Counted from the first letter of the stretch, positions 1-9,991 are shown. The stretch is DNA of 64,000 nt from an uncultured Candidatus Saccharibacteria bacterium (GCA_964643995.1 CAZXUJ010000002.1:14209-78208), one strand, 5' to 3'. Notes: generated by a model from the letters alone, not told the origin. A program made the numbers and translations.

Positions 1-2
1 AA

Positions 3-93
3 TACAGCTTCACAGCTACTATTGAGCAAGCGAGGAAATTACTTAAAGATATAAAAAACGACGAATTAATACTTTTAGGTTTTTCAATGGGAG
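3..93 (+). pseudogene. Alpha/beta hydrolase fragment entering from the left edge, truncated by the IS3 end
   Basis: Frame +3 reads YSFTATIEQARKLLKDIKNDELILLGFSMG (GxSxG nucleophile elbow) and runs straight into the IS terminus TGTCAAG at 94. Confidence 0.55.
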
Positions 94-110
94 TGTCAAG
101 TACCCCTTTT

Positions 111-985
111 TTAAAGTTGGCATTCTGAGGGATGTGTTTGATAATATTTATTCCTAAATTGAACAGGACTCATCTTTAGAGTTGTGTGTATTCGAGTGTT
201 ATTGTGATAATTTATTTGTTGGTGTATGGCCTCGAAAAGCTCGCCTATTGTTTCAAATCTATCAAATTCGATACCAAGATCTGTTTTAAAGTTTGAGTAG
301 AAGGATTCTTGATAACCATTTTCCCAATGACTAGCCTTTTTACTCATAGACACGTTTATATTCAGGTTTTGGACAAAACTAGTGTATTGTTTACAGGTAT
401 ATTCAGAGCCTTGGTCTGTGTGAATGAATTTTGGTAACTTGTATCCGGTGCTTTCAAAAGCAAAGAGCAAGGCATCAAGTACTAGAAACTTGGTATGTTT
501 ATTTGATATGGACCAACCAACGACTTCACGGGTAAAAAGATCCATATAGGTTGCAAGATAGATATACTTATCGTTATGTCTTATATACGTAAAGTCACCA
601 ACGTAGACAAGGTTTGGAGATATTGGGCAGAATGATTTAATGTGATTGGGATAAATTGCATCAGGTCTACGTTCATCACGTCTTTTCCGTAACGGGGACC
701 TACGTGTGGTAGGTCTAATTGCGAACTTTTTCATAACCCGCCTAATGGTACGAGCACCCATATTTAAAGCCAAAGCGACACGTCTATATCCATAGGCAGG
801 GTTATTTACAATTACAGAAAGGCTTAACGCTTTAAGACGGATATCTTTACCGGTTAATTTAGACTGGTAATACAGCGAGGACCTGGAGAAGTCGAAAAGG
901 CCGGCGATAAAGGATTTAGTTGTTTTAGAGATGTTTTTATCTGCTTGAGATCTGGTAACTACAAGTGTTTTGACGTCTGCTTTTT
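111..985 (-). CDS. IS3 transposase OrfB (rve/DDE); the frame extends upstream of the called start to the frameshift site
   Basis: The -1 frame is open from ~985: KADVKTLV..FSRSSLYY..PAYGYRRVA..; DDE triad in VGDFTYI, HTDQGSEY, ENGYQESF. Confidence 0.9.
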
Positions 986-1219
986 TTTAAACTTAGCTAG
1001 CTCCAAAGAGAGCATGCCTACGATTTCTTTTAGAGCGGCGTTTTCGCGTTGGAGCTTAGAATGTTCTAAGGTGGAAACACTACCTACAGCAGTCTTTCTA
1101 AGCCAACTATATATGGTTTTAAAGTGAACGCCGTATTGTTTTGATAGGTCCATAACAGCATTACCTTGTTTAATTTTAGCTAGAATTTCATCTTTAATAT
1201 CTTTAGAAACAACACTCAT
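959..1219 (-). CDS. IS3 transposase OrfA (HTH + leucine zipper)
   Basis: LSKQYGVHFKTIYSW HTH followed by LQRENAALKEIVGML coiled coil. Confidence 0.9.
   Translation of the reverse strand: MSVVSKDIKDEILAKIKQGNAVMDLSKQYGVHFKTIYSWLRKTAVGSVSTLEHSKLQRENAALKEIVGMLSLELAKFKKKQTSKHL
980..988 (-). promoter_or_regulatory. Programmed -1 frameshift site A-AAA-AAG
   Basis: Minus strand AAAAAAAAG at the orfA/orfB overlap; a -1 slip joins the two frames. Confidence 0.8.
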
Positions 1220-1293
1220 AAAAGTCCTTAAAATATTTAATTTAGTACTAATATTCTAATGGAGATTCCCAGAATATGTGTCAAATTTACCGT

Positions 1294-1510
1294 ATGCGCC
1301 CCACTATTTCCTTCTTTTTGAACTATTCGGAATTTCCTAATGGTTGAGTTCTGTTTCAGTTCTGTTTCAGTATAAATACTTTTTATATGCTCATTAATCG
1401 TTGGTATTGTTTTGCCAAATACTCCCGCCATTTGCCTTTGAGACAACCATACACTCTCATTTTCAAAATTTACATCAATACTTATTTTATTACTTAAGTT
1501 TTATAAATCT
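1294..1510 (-). pseudogene. RhuM/virulence-protein family N-terminal fragment cut by the IS
   Basis: ISIDVNFENESVWLSQRQMAGVFGKTIPTINEHIKSIYTETEL..TIRKFRIVQKEGN, then IS sequence; in-frame stop upstream. Confidence 0.75.
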
Positions 1511-1816
1511 TTATATTTCAAATCAAATGCAATTTAACAGCCTCTATAACCTCATTTTTTTTACTTCCACAATATACATATAAGATTAAGCAATTATTGC
1601 TAAAAAAGCTAGATTGAAGCCGTCTTCCTTTTTCAAAAAATGAAACCAAATTTAAGGTGTTACTAATAATTTCGGCAATCTTGTATTTGCAAATTTAAAT
1701 AGTAAATACTGCTTATACATTTTAGGAGTTACTATAATATAAAGTAGGACTTAGTGGCGAAATACAATGAGGCGGCTATGGAAACAACCAAATTAATAAT
1801 TATAAAATACAAAGTA

Positions 1817-2440
1817 TTAGTCAGCCTTATTAAAAACCATACGAGCTTCTGCACTGGGGTCCTTTGCCCAAGTTTCTATAGCAAGGTGTAAGGTTTCTTC
1901 AATATTTACTTTGTCATTTTTCTCATGTGCTTCAAAGACGTGATATCCTTCTGGTGTGAAATTTCTTATTACAATCCTTCTATCATTTTCATCTGATGGA
2001 TCTTCAGAAGTAGTAACCCAAACTTGACTACTCCCGCAATCTAAAAATATATGGTCATTAGCTCCTGGATCGTCAAAAAGTTTAACAGCTAAGCGTACCT
2101 GTTCGCCCCTTGGTTTATTTAGAGGTTCTTGAACCATAAATACCACATGGTAGGTATTAATCGGTAAATCTCTTAAGCCGTCAACTTGTGACATGCTGGA
2201 ATCAATAACAAACCCAAGTTCTCTAACATCAATACCAGTAGCTAAAAGCAACGCCGCAGCTCGTGACCCGGCTGCTTCAACATTACGATTCCACGCTTCT
2301 CGGTTATGAGCTTTTTTAGCGATGTAGAATTGATTTAAAGCTGCTGTTGCAGCGAGTTCTGGAGGTTGTTCACCTAGAGGATCAATAGCTCTTGCTGCTT
2401 GTAATAATTGTTCGTCATCAATAGGAACTTTTTCCGACAT
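1817..2440 (-). CDS. Hypothetical protein (207 aa)
   Basis: Long ORF with TACAAT 7 nt before the ATG; no recognised motif. Confidence 0.7.
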   Translation of the reverse strand: MSEKVPIDDEQLLQAARAIDPLGEQPPELAATAALNQFYIAKKAHNREAWNRNVEAAGSRAAALLLATGIDVRELGFVIDSSMSQVDGLRDLPINTYHVVFMVQEPLNKPRGEQVRLAVKLFDDPGANDHIFLDCGSSQVWVTTSEDPSDENDRRIVIRNFTPEGYHVFEAHEKNDKVNIEETLHLAIETWAKDPSAEARMVFNKAD

Positions 2441-2557
2441 ACATAAGATTGTACACCCAAATATAACAATAGTCTAGAACAATTTAGAACAAAACTAAAT
2501 TTTTTTTGAAATGGTGGTTACATATGTAGTACACAAATATAAAAAATGCTAACATAT

Positions 2558-2935
2558 TTATTGTTTTTTTGCTCTTCTGATGCATTTGAGCCTCCGTATC
2601 ACCAGCCTGGATTTCTACCAAATCATGAGTAAGGGCATATCGTTTTTCAACAGTGTTCAGCTAGTTTTTAACATTTAAACCTATTTCTTGCCTTTCTGTA
2701 ATTTCATTGTCAGTTAGCTCATGCAAATAATCGATTGCCCAATCACGTAATTTAGGCGAAATATCAAACCTATCTAAAGCTGCTTTTGTTGTCATTTCTA
2801 GCTCTTTTAATGTCAATGTGCCCTCCACACACTTGGGATTAATCTTTTTTGTACGGCGATAATATATATAGTGAAGAAGTTTTTTATTCTTCAGGTTTTC
2901 TATCTTTGTGTGACAGTAAGGGCAAGCGTATCGAT
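2558..2935 (-). pseudogene. Large serine recombinase C-terminal (Zn-ribbon/coiled-coil) relic
   Basis: Reads ACPYCHTKIENLKNKKLLHYIYYRRTKKINPKC..LKELE..ALDRFDISPKLRDWAIDYLHEL with an internal TAG; resembles the YYxCT..C region of resolvase/recombinase proteins. Confidence 0.55.
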
Positions 2936-3055
2936 GTTTCTGTTAGTGTTAAGAGTTGGTTCAAATACAACTACACCCTCTTTTTTAAGACTTTCTGCAA
3001 AAGCCCTCATTTCCTTTTTATAGCGTCTAGAACCACATAGCACTACACCTTTCAT
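2936..3055 (-). pseudogene. Second NDT-like gene start, frameshifted and fused to the recombinase relic
   Basis: ATGA overlap with the upstream stop; MKGVVLCGSRRYKKEMRAFAESLKK/GVVVFEP parallels MKIVICGS..LGLEVLLP of the upstream gene. Confidence 0.55.
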
Positions 3056-3474
3056 TGCTTTGTACCTTCTATATAACTTACTATTTCTTCTATTTCATTC
3101 AAAACTGTAGGAAACATTCCCCGTATCTCATCACTATACGACAGTTCAGGTATTGGATTTTTCAAAAATATTGGTTTTCCTGAGGAAAATGCATAGCCCA
3201 TCTCCAATAGGGTATTGCCCCCGATATAATTCTTCACATCGTTCTTATCCTCGTTAATAACCAGAACAACATCTCCCTGATCAATTGTCTTTAGGTGCTC
3301 TTTCATATACCAACTTTTCTTTTTTGCAGAAGTAGTCTCGTCAAAGTCATTTTCTTTAAGGAAAAACTCTGCTTTATGGGGTAATAAAACTTCTAGTCCG
3401 AGGCTTGTTAGAATTTCCTTTGCCTCTACCAGCTGTTCTAAATGTTTTATGCTCCCACAAATTACTATCTTCAT
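3052..3474 (-). CDS. Nucleoside 2-deoxyribosyltransferase-like protein
   Basis: MKIVICGS start; IDQGDVVLVIN..YIGGNTLLEMGYAFSSGKPIF motif; true start probably 3474. Confidence 0.7.
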   Translation of the reverse strand: MKIVICGSIKHLEQLVEAKEILTSLGLEVLLPHKAEFFLKENDFDETTSAKKKSWYMKEHLKTIDQGDVVLVINEDKNDVKNYIGGNTLLEMGYAFSSGKPIFLKNPIPELSYSDEIRGMFPTVLNEIEEIVSYIEGTKQ

Positions 3475-3475
3475 A

Positions 3476-4168
3476 TTAAAAATTCTCCGTAGTAACTTTA
3501 ATCTCACCAAAAGTAACGTTGCCGTTGAAATCGTTAAAAGCTTTATAAAACTCATGGAATTCTTCAAGTGGCTTAGTTATTTTTTCCAGGGTTTCATCCT
3601 CAGCTACCCAAAAGAATTCACCCTCCTTGTTGCTGTTTAATTCGCCAAAAGGATTCTCAAAGGCATACGCGTGCATTAGTTTGTCTTCTACAATCTTTCC
3701 GTCTGATACTACAACATAATGCCTAATTGCAAAAAGCCTGGGTGTTCCTTCTAATGAGGTTTCCTCAGACAACTCCCTTTTCGCAGCTTCTTCAAAGCTC
3801 TCACCCCATTTAGGCTTGCCTGTTGCAAATCCAAAACATCCATAGAATGGGTTTTTTAGTCTCTTATAAGTCAGAAATTCCTTTTTATCCCCATTAATTC
3901 GATAGGGAACTAACACAGTTGTTGCTTTTACATTCTTCTCTATTTTGCCAGTTTCCACAGTCATTCTGTTTGAGTACTCTTTTCCTGCTGGGGTCAAAGC
4001 GTAGTGGTTATCCTGTTTTTCTACTAAGTTTAATTCCAATAGACGATCTAGATGGAAAACGAATTGTGCTGGTTCCATTTCCTCAGGCTTCAGATTAGAA
4101 TATTTCAGCGAATCACTAAAAAGTAACTGTTGGAGTATTTGCATCTGTATTTCATGTAGTTGTTTCAC
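3476..4168 (-). CDS. NUDIX hydrolase with N-terminal winged helix
   Basis: Nudix box GKPKWGESFEEAAKRELSEETSL; N-terminal FVFHLDRLLELNLVEK..YALTPAG wHTH. Confidence 0.85.
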   Translation of the reverse strand: MKQLHEIQMQILQQLLFSDSLKYSNLKPEEMEPAQFVFHLDRLLELNLVEKQDNHYALTPAGKEYSNRMTVETGKIEKNVKATTVLVPYRINGDKKEFLTYKRLKNPFYGCFGFATGKPKWGESFEEAAKRELSEETSLEGTPRLFAIRHYVVVSDGKIVEDKLMHAYAFENPFGELNSNKEGEFFWVAEDETLEKITKPLEEFHEFYKAFNDFNGNVTFGEIKVTTENF

Positions 4169-4377
4169 TGATTTGGATTATACAAGCAAAATTTATGGAA
4201 AATAAGTAAAGATGACTTTACCAAATAGTTGGTTTGCCTTTTTTATACTGTCGCATTTATATCCTCGCGAGTAAAATTGTTCTAGATTCTTATGCGCAGC
4301 CATATATCCTGGAGACACCGCTTACAGGATAACTGAGCCCCATTGACCAAACCTTATGTGTGAAATACACTACTTGT

Positions 4378-4917
4378 ATGAATGTAAGCGCTTTTACTAA
4401 ATCTTCTCAGGATTACCTAGGCAAGCTTTTAGCATCATCTTCATTTGATTTAGAAGATAAAGAAGAATTCGCAACTATAACAGTGCCTTACAATTTAAAT
4501 GGAACTAATTATCAAATATATCCCTTTAAAAAGTTAACGGGCTATTTACCAGATCCTGAAAAAAAGGACGAGCCCGTTTTATATACTTTTTACATATTAA
4601 CTGCAGACCAAAGTATTAAAAACATTTACTTAAAAGAAGTCAACAAAATGAGATTTAATCAAGAGTATGACAAGAGTATAATTGGATCCTATTATGCAAA
4701 TTTTGTTCCATCTTTTAAGCCGTTTGAAACTTTAGTTTATTCTTTGGGAAAAATGCTTGAAGAAGATTTCTTTCCTGAAAAAAACTACAAATTTATCTTT
4801 CATATGGTTACAGTTACAAAAGACTACGATATAGTTCTTGTCTACTTACAGCTTAACTCTATAAATGCATTAGAAGCTAAATATCCAAATGAACAGGAAG
4901 TTTCATTCAAAATATAG
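4378..4917 (+). CDS. Hypothetical protein
   Basis: About 180-codon ORF; no recognised motif. Confidence 0.6.
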   Translation: MNVSAFTKSSQDYLGKLLASSSFDLEDKEEFATITVPYNLNGTNYQIYPFKKLTGYLPDPEKKDEPVLYTFYILTADQSIKNIYLKEVNKMRFNQEYDKSIIGSYYANFVPSFKPFETLVYSLGKMLEEDFFPEKNYKFIFHMVTVTKDYDIVLVYLQLNSINALEAKYPNEQEVSFKI

Positions 4918-5052
4918 AATTTCAAACATGCTCAATGTAGCTGTAATAGAACTACACTCGAAATGGTGCTAGACTCTAATGCTCAGCCCTATAAAGGGGA
5001 TACACACTTACTTATACTTCCTTTTTAATAAAAAAACTTGTAAAATCTATTC

Positions 5053-6029
5053 ATGTTAAATATGCTAGAATCCTCACCAATTGAATTTTTTCCGCAAACT
5101 GCAGAAGGTAGAGATGTTGATACAGCAAGGGTAAAATTTGCAAAAAAGGCAGCAGACGCTCCTGAAGATATTAAAAGTGCTGATTTTTTAGCGCTTGTAG
5201 AGACTGAACTAAAGGAAGTTAAAATACAACTACCCAAGAGTTTTCTACAAAGGTAAGAGATTCAGGCAGTGAACAACAGCTAGAGGCAATACAGTTTTTG
5301 CAAGAACTTGTTAACAGCATTGGAGATCCCCCTAGAAACACTGACCTTACGGGCGTTTATAACTACTTAGAACAACTAGAACAAGAGTGGAGTTTGCCAC
5401 AATTTGCTTTAAGAGATGCTGCGTTCATTAGAGGACAAGAAGATAAAACATTAGGTGAACTTAGCACCCGTATAGCTTCGGCTATCGCACGGCATGACGT
5501 CCATGAGGAACAATATTTTCGCAAAGACAAAGAAACTATAGAATCGGCAATAAATTCAAGAGAATCCCGCAAAGAATCAATTTATATAGCAATTGCTGGG
5601 AGAATTACATCAGAGGCTATTGAATCCTGTAGACATAAATATACTGAAGAGCTTGGTTGTATAACTCATAAAATTGAAGCAAATGAAGAAGTTACTGTAA
5701 CAGATGTGGGAAACCTAGTGCGCGCCGAAGTAGCGTTAGTTAATGAACAGCTAGATAAAACAGCTGATCTACCAGCTTTGGAAGAAAAATCGGGGGTTAC
5801 GGCGCATCTCAACAAGAGAAGAATGTTTGTTGAAACTGTAATGGATCAAATAGGCGCTGGTACATATGGAAATAGCGAAGATAGCTTATTACAATATTTA
5901 GCTGAACTAGAAAAAGTCCTTGATATTGAGAGACAAGGTAAATTTACGCCTATGCTAACCACGCAAAAGCAAGTATGGCAAACCAACAGAGAAATAAATC
6001 CTGGGATTTATTCAAGAATTAAAGATTAG
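5053..6029 (+). pseudogene. Hypothetical helical protein, probably one gene split by a frameshift near 5220
   Basis: The second frame is open from 5223, overlaps the end of ORF 5053..5256 and has no good start codon. Confidence 0.5.
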
Positions 6030-6092
6030 TTTTTAAAATATCTTCATGAATAACTCATTTCATTTATTACATTCTCCGAAAAACTTAAGAAA

Positions 6093-6356
6093 ATGGAAAG
6101 ATTTAAAGGACAGTTCTACTGGAAGGACTATCCTGCGCTACCAAGATATGAATCTCAGGAATGTTTTGAAGCAAAAGTAGTTAAAGCACTAGATAAGATT
6201 GAATGTTTGCTACAGGTACTTGAATATAGCAAGGGTACTTTATTTAAGAACCATCTGGAATTTAATATAAGTTATGGATTAAAGCATGCAGACATTGACC
6301 CTGCAATTAAAACCTTTGGGGAGAAAACTGCTCAAAAAATGAGAGATTCTTATTAG
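6093..6356 (+). pseudogene. HD-domain (YfbR/HDDC2-like) C-terminal fragment
   Basis: RYESQECFEAKVVKALDKIECLLQ matches the C-terminal EAK.VK.LDK.E motif; the HD motif itself is missing. Confidence 0.5.
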
Positions 6357-6384
6357 TTAATTTCTAATCTTTTGTATAATTAAA

Positions 6385-6630
6385 CTATGGATATGCCCAA
6401 GGATATCAACGAAATAAACAACAGACAATACCGACAAAGAGTAACACATTACTGAAGTAGTAAGTAATACTGATAAGGAACCTTCAAAGATTAATCTTGC
6501 CAAATATAAACCGCTTTCGGAATTCATTGAAGGTACTAAGGACACATCAACGGAATGAGAAACATACAACTCTAAATATGGGTTTTCATTTAAATACCCA
6601 AAAGGTTATAAAGTATTGGTTCTAGAAAGG
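6385..6630 (+). pseudogene. Relic of a CPR-type exported PsbP-like protein
   Basis: DTSTE*ETYNSKYGFSFKYPKGY, with TGA where W is expected in the W.TY.N..YGFS.KYP motif. Confidence 0.4.
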
Positions 6631-6807
6631 CCGTTCAGCCAAATTGAAAAACACCGAATTTTTCCTATAACTGCAAGTTCCAAACTACCATATAAAAACA
6701 TAGGCCAATTTGAACTTTGGAACTGTGTATAATTACCATATGTCACCGTTGAATTTAATCATTGTTTTTCGACTTTTCTACTTCTTTGGTGAATGATTGC
6801 TTTGCAG

Positions 6808-8109
6808 TTACTTTTTCCCAGTAAAGTATTTTTGCAAAAGAGTTTTGATACCCGCTCTTTGGTAATAACTTTTTTCAGTAGTCAGAAGCTGTTTCTGCTC
6901 AGGTGTTATATCACTGTATTTCAGTTCACCATTTGCAAGCTTTTGAAGTGCTGCCTGTAAGGCTTTGGCTGCCTCGGGTTTCATAATCCAGTATCCATGA
7001 AAATTTCTGTGTTTGTAATTGTGCATAGTGTAGTGAAGACCTCTTTCGTTCATCAGAAAAAGTACGTCCTCAACCCATTGTAGACCACCGCTAGTATCTC
7101 GCATGCCATGGGCACCAAATTCACCGACATATATTGGTTTGCCCTTAAGTTCAGGAAGATTTACTGCTTTGTCAAATATAGTTGCTAATAATTTCTTATC
7201 CCAGTACTGTTTGCCAATTTGCCCTGGATACGTAAGCCCTGGATTTGCCTCATAGAGTTGATCCAGCGTAAATTGGGGTGGGTAGTAGAAATGAAACGTG
7301 GCAGCAATGTTAGTATCGGCATAGTTTCCCCCCAACTGAAACTCCTCTTCATGCTTTTCAGCAACGGGAAGGATAATCATGTGGTTTGGATCGTATTTTC
7401 TGATTTCAGTGATGAGATCTGTATACAAGTCGTGAAGAGCTTTTTTGGTTGGAGGTTGTGGCTCATTTACAACATCATATCCGGCAATGTAAGGATTGTT
7501 TTTAAACCGTTTTGCAATGACCCCCCACAGTGCCACAGCTTGGTTCTTGGTATCAGTTTGTGTGTTAAACAGCTCGATCCCTTTATTTTTGAAAAAGACC
7601 TCGGCGGGATATTCATTCGAACCAAGACCTGCTAATACCAATACGACGCGAATACCATTTTCGCCAAATTTATTAATAGTATTTTCAAGAAGCTGTAAGG
7701 ATACTTCACTATATTGGTAAGGTTCATGTTGAATTTCATGCAATTGCATCCAAAGCCTGACAGTGTTTGCACCAGTACTTTTAAGTTCTTGCATATCGAA
7801 ATCAGTAATTGTATATGCATTAAGATCTGTTGCAATGGCATCTATTTGTTCTGGATTGAGTTTTTTCTGATCGACTAATCTAAAATAGATGGCTTCTGGT
7901 ATGGGATAAAACCCAAGGCCTTGGAATCCCCGCAGATAGACTTCTCGTCCTCTTCCGTCGATAATGGTATTATTTTGTACTTTGAGCATTGTCATTTGTT
8001 TTAATGGTGTTGGACGTTTGAATACATTTGCCTCGACCATATTATAGATTGGTTTACTTACCAAAGGTACTGTTACAAGTAAAGCTACTAGAAGCGTAAT
8101 TGGTTTCAT
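6808..8109 (-). CDS. Glycoside hydrolase family 5 (cellulase-like), with N-terminal signal/anchor
   Basis: GANTVRL, YDVVNEP (acid/base), TFHFY, YVGEFG (nucleophile); hydrophobic N-terminus. Confidence 0.88.
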   Translation of the reverse strand: MKPITLLVALLVTVPLVSKPIYNMVEANVFKRPTPLKQMTMLKVQNNTIIDGRGREVYLRGFQGLGFYPIPEAIYFRLVDQKKLNPEQIDAIATDLNAYTITDFDMQELKSTGANTVRLWMQLHEIQHEPYQYSEVSLQLLENTINKFGENGIRVVLVLAGLGSNEYPAEVFFKNKGIELFNTQTDTKNQAVALWGVIAKRFKNNPYIAGYDVVNEPQPPTKKALHDLYTDLITEIRKYDPNHMIILPVAEKHEEEFQLGGNYADTNIAATFHFYYPPQFTLDQLYEANPGLTYPGQIGKQYWDKKLLATIFDKAVNLPELKGKPIYVGEFGAHGMRDTSGGLQWVEDVLFLMNERGLHYTMHNYKHRNFHGYWIMKPEAAKALQAALQKLANGELKYSDITPEQKQLLTTEKSYYQRAGIKTLLQKYFTGKK

Positions 8110-8242
8110 AAAATGTAATACATTCATTATACATATACGGTACTTCAAATGCATCCACAATTCAATTAAACAATCTGTAGTATTTACGGTCGTTCTTCAA
8201 CAACTTTTTTCCCATGCAATTTTTGTTGAGATATCTTTGCTT

Positions 8243-8743
8243 AATTGGCATTCTGAGGGATGTGTTTGATAATATTTATTTCTAAACTGGACAGGACTCA
8301 TCTTTAAAGTTGTGTGGATTAGAGTGTTATTGTGGTAATTAATTTGCTGATGGATAGCTTCAACTAGCTCACCAATTGTTTCAAATCTATCAAATTCAAT
8401 ACCTAAATCAGTTTTAAACGCCGAAGCTTTTGATATGATTAGGATAAATTGCATCTGATCTACGTTCCTCGCGTCTTTTGCGTAATGGGGATCTGCGTTT
8501 GGTGGGTTTAATACCAAACTTTTTCAACACGTCTTACACGTTTTTTTCCTGTACAAAAAGCGATAGCTATGCGCCTATGTCCATAAGCCGGATTATTTGC
8601 AAAGACTGCAAGTATTTGTTGTTAAGTCTTTCATCTTTAATATCTCTAGAAACACCGGTCATAAAGTCCTCCAAATTCAAATATTTACTAATATTCTAAT
8701 GTAGCTGCTTAGAATATGTTTCTAGTTTAATTGGTACCGCCCA
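8243..8743 (-). mobile_element. Internally deleted IS3 relic related to the element at 94..1293
   Basis: Keeps the left end (TGGGCGGTACC..ATTAGAATATTAGTA), orfA start MTGVSRDIKDE, the mid-orfB piece NNPAYGHRRIA/RRSPLRKRR..IYPNHIKSF and the orfB C-terminus FKTDLGIEFDRF..PSECQL. Confidence 0.85.
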
Positions 8744-8748
8744 GTATA

Positions 8749-9183
8749 CTACCCATGAAAACCCGTTGTCCCTAGACCACCTCGATCCGGACCTGTCATT
8801 TGACCAACCTCTTCTATTTCTACATGTTCATACTTCGCAACCATTAACTGCGCAATACGCGTACCCTTTTCGACTGTAACATCCTCTTTTTTGTAGTTGT
8901 AAACTATAAATTTGTACTCATCGTTATCACCACAAAAATCGGAATCACCAACGCCTATACCATTTGCAGGTATTAAGCCTAATTTGTGTGTAGAACTGCG
9001 GGCTGCCAACATAACCCAACAATCCTCAGGGACTTCCAAAGCAACATTTAACGGAATATAGCCCAGATCTTGCGCTTTTATGGTTACAGTTTCACGACTG
9101 CATAAATCCATGCATGCGGCACCTTGAGTTTTATACGAGGGTAATGGTAAAAATTTATCGAATCGTTTAACTTTGATTTTCAT
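8749..9183 (-). CDS. dut: dUTP diphosphatase
   Basis: GAACMDL, AARSS, GVGDSDF, RIAQL, RGGLGTTG motifs. Confidence 0.93.
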   Translation of the reverse strand: MKIKVKRFDKFLPLPSYKTQGAACMDLCSRETVTIKAQDLGYIPLNVALEVPEDCWVMLAARSSTHKLGLIPANGIGVGDSDFCGDNDEYKFIVYNYKKEDVTVEKGTRIAQLMVAKYEHVEIEEVGQMTGPDRGGLGTTGFHG

Positions 9184-9510
9184 GAGTAAATTATAACGTA
9201 AGAATAATACTTTTAATGATGTAAAATTACTTTATGATACTTCCAAAGTCAGATGCATGTTTTAAATTGTTTGTTCAGATTTAGCTTAGGAGAGTTAGTG
9301 ATATGTATATTAACTATCTAATGGGAGCAGCAAGTTGGAAATACCTGAGACTAGTTTTGATAACTATGAAGCATTAGTGAAGCGGTCAATGAGTCGTGGA
9401 TTTTGGAATGAGATTGTTGGGCCAAATGATATATTTTTTATTTTTAAACATAAAGATGACGTAAAAGATATAATGCTGAAACACTATAATAAGTTAGTTG
9501 AGAGAAAAGC

Positions 9511-9990
9511 ATGATAGATGAATTTGAAATAATACAACTTACCCCTAATGACTGGAAGGAGTACAAAAAGATTAGACTTGAAACGTTACGTTGTGAGCCA
9601 ATTGCATTTTCTAGTACCAATACCGAAGCTCAGGAGTTTCCGGATGGTTACTGGAAAGAGTTACTATCAGAAAAAATGACAACTTTTTTTGCGGCAAGGG
9701 TCAAAAATGAGTTAGTAGGAGTTCTTAGACTTACGCTAGACGATGATGAGGAGGATACAGACACAGCAATAATAGGTGGAGTTTATGTAAGAAAGTGTAA
9801 TCGCGGCACAGGAGTCGGAAAGGCTCTTTTAGAAAGTGCTCTAACTAAGGTAAGCAATGAGGCAATAATTAAAAAGATTCGATTATACGTTAAGGAAAGT
9901 CAGATTCCTGCTATAAGGCTATATTCTAAACTCGGCTTCGAAATAATAGAAACCAAAGATGATGAACTCATAATGGAAAGACCAAACTAA
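9511..9990 (+). CDS. GNAT N-acetyltransferase
   Basis: VYVRKCNRGTGVGKALL acetyl-CoA motif; AIRLYSKLGF. Confidence 0.9.
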   Translation: MIDEFEIIQLTPNDWKEYKKIRLETLRCEPIAFSSTNTEAQEFPDGYWKELLSEKMTTFFAARVKNELVGVLRLTLDDDEEDTDTAIIGGVYVRKCNRGTGVGKALLESALTKVSNEAIIKKIRLYVKESQIPAIRLYSKLGFEIIETKDDELIMERPN

Positions 9991-9991
9991 A

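Larger units (their letters stand above)
94..1293 (-). mobile_element. IS3-family insertion sequence, about 1.2 kb
   Basis: orfA (HTH) plus orfB (DDE integrase core) with an A8G slippery site. Ends read inward TG..: TGGGGCGCATACGG at 1293 and TGTCAAGTACCCC at 94; the inverted repeats are poor. Confidence 0.85.

Noticed and set aside
4205-4245. GGCAAACC on the minus strand upstream of the NUDIX gene, resembling a c-di-GMP-I riboswitch
   Set aside because: No GNRA loop, no GACGCAAAG and no second stem; the gene also has its own -10 box right at the start codon
8197-8517. 106-aa ORF as a functional gene
   Set aside because: It is a chimeric reading of the deleted IS3 relic; only its C-terminal half is in the transposase frame
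9240-9510. Possible small gene upstream of the GNAT (..GFWNEIVGPNDIFFIFKHKD..)
   Set aside because: Looks like a coding remnant, but there is no start codon or identifiable family, so it is not reported as a feature
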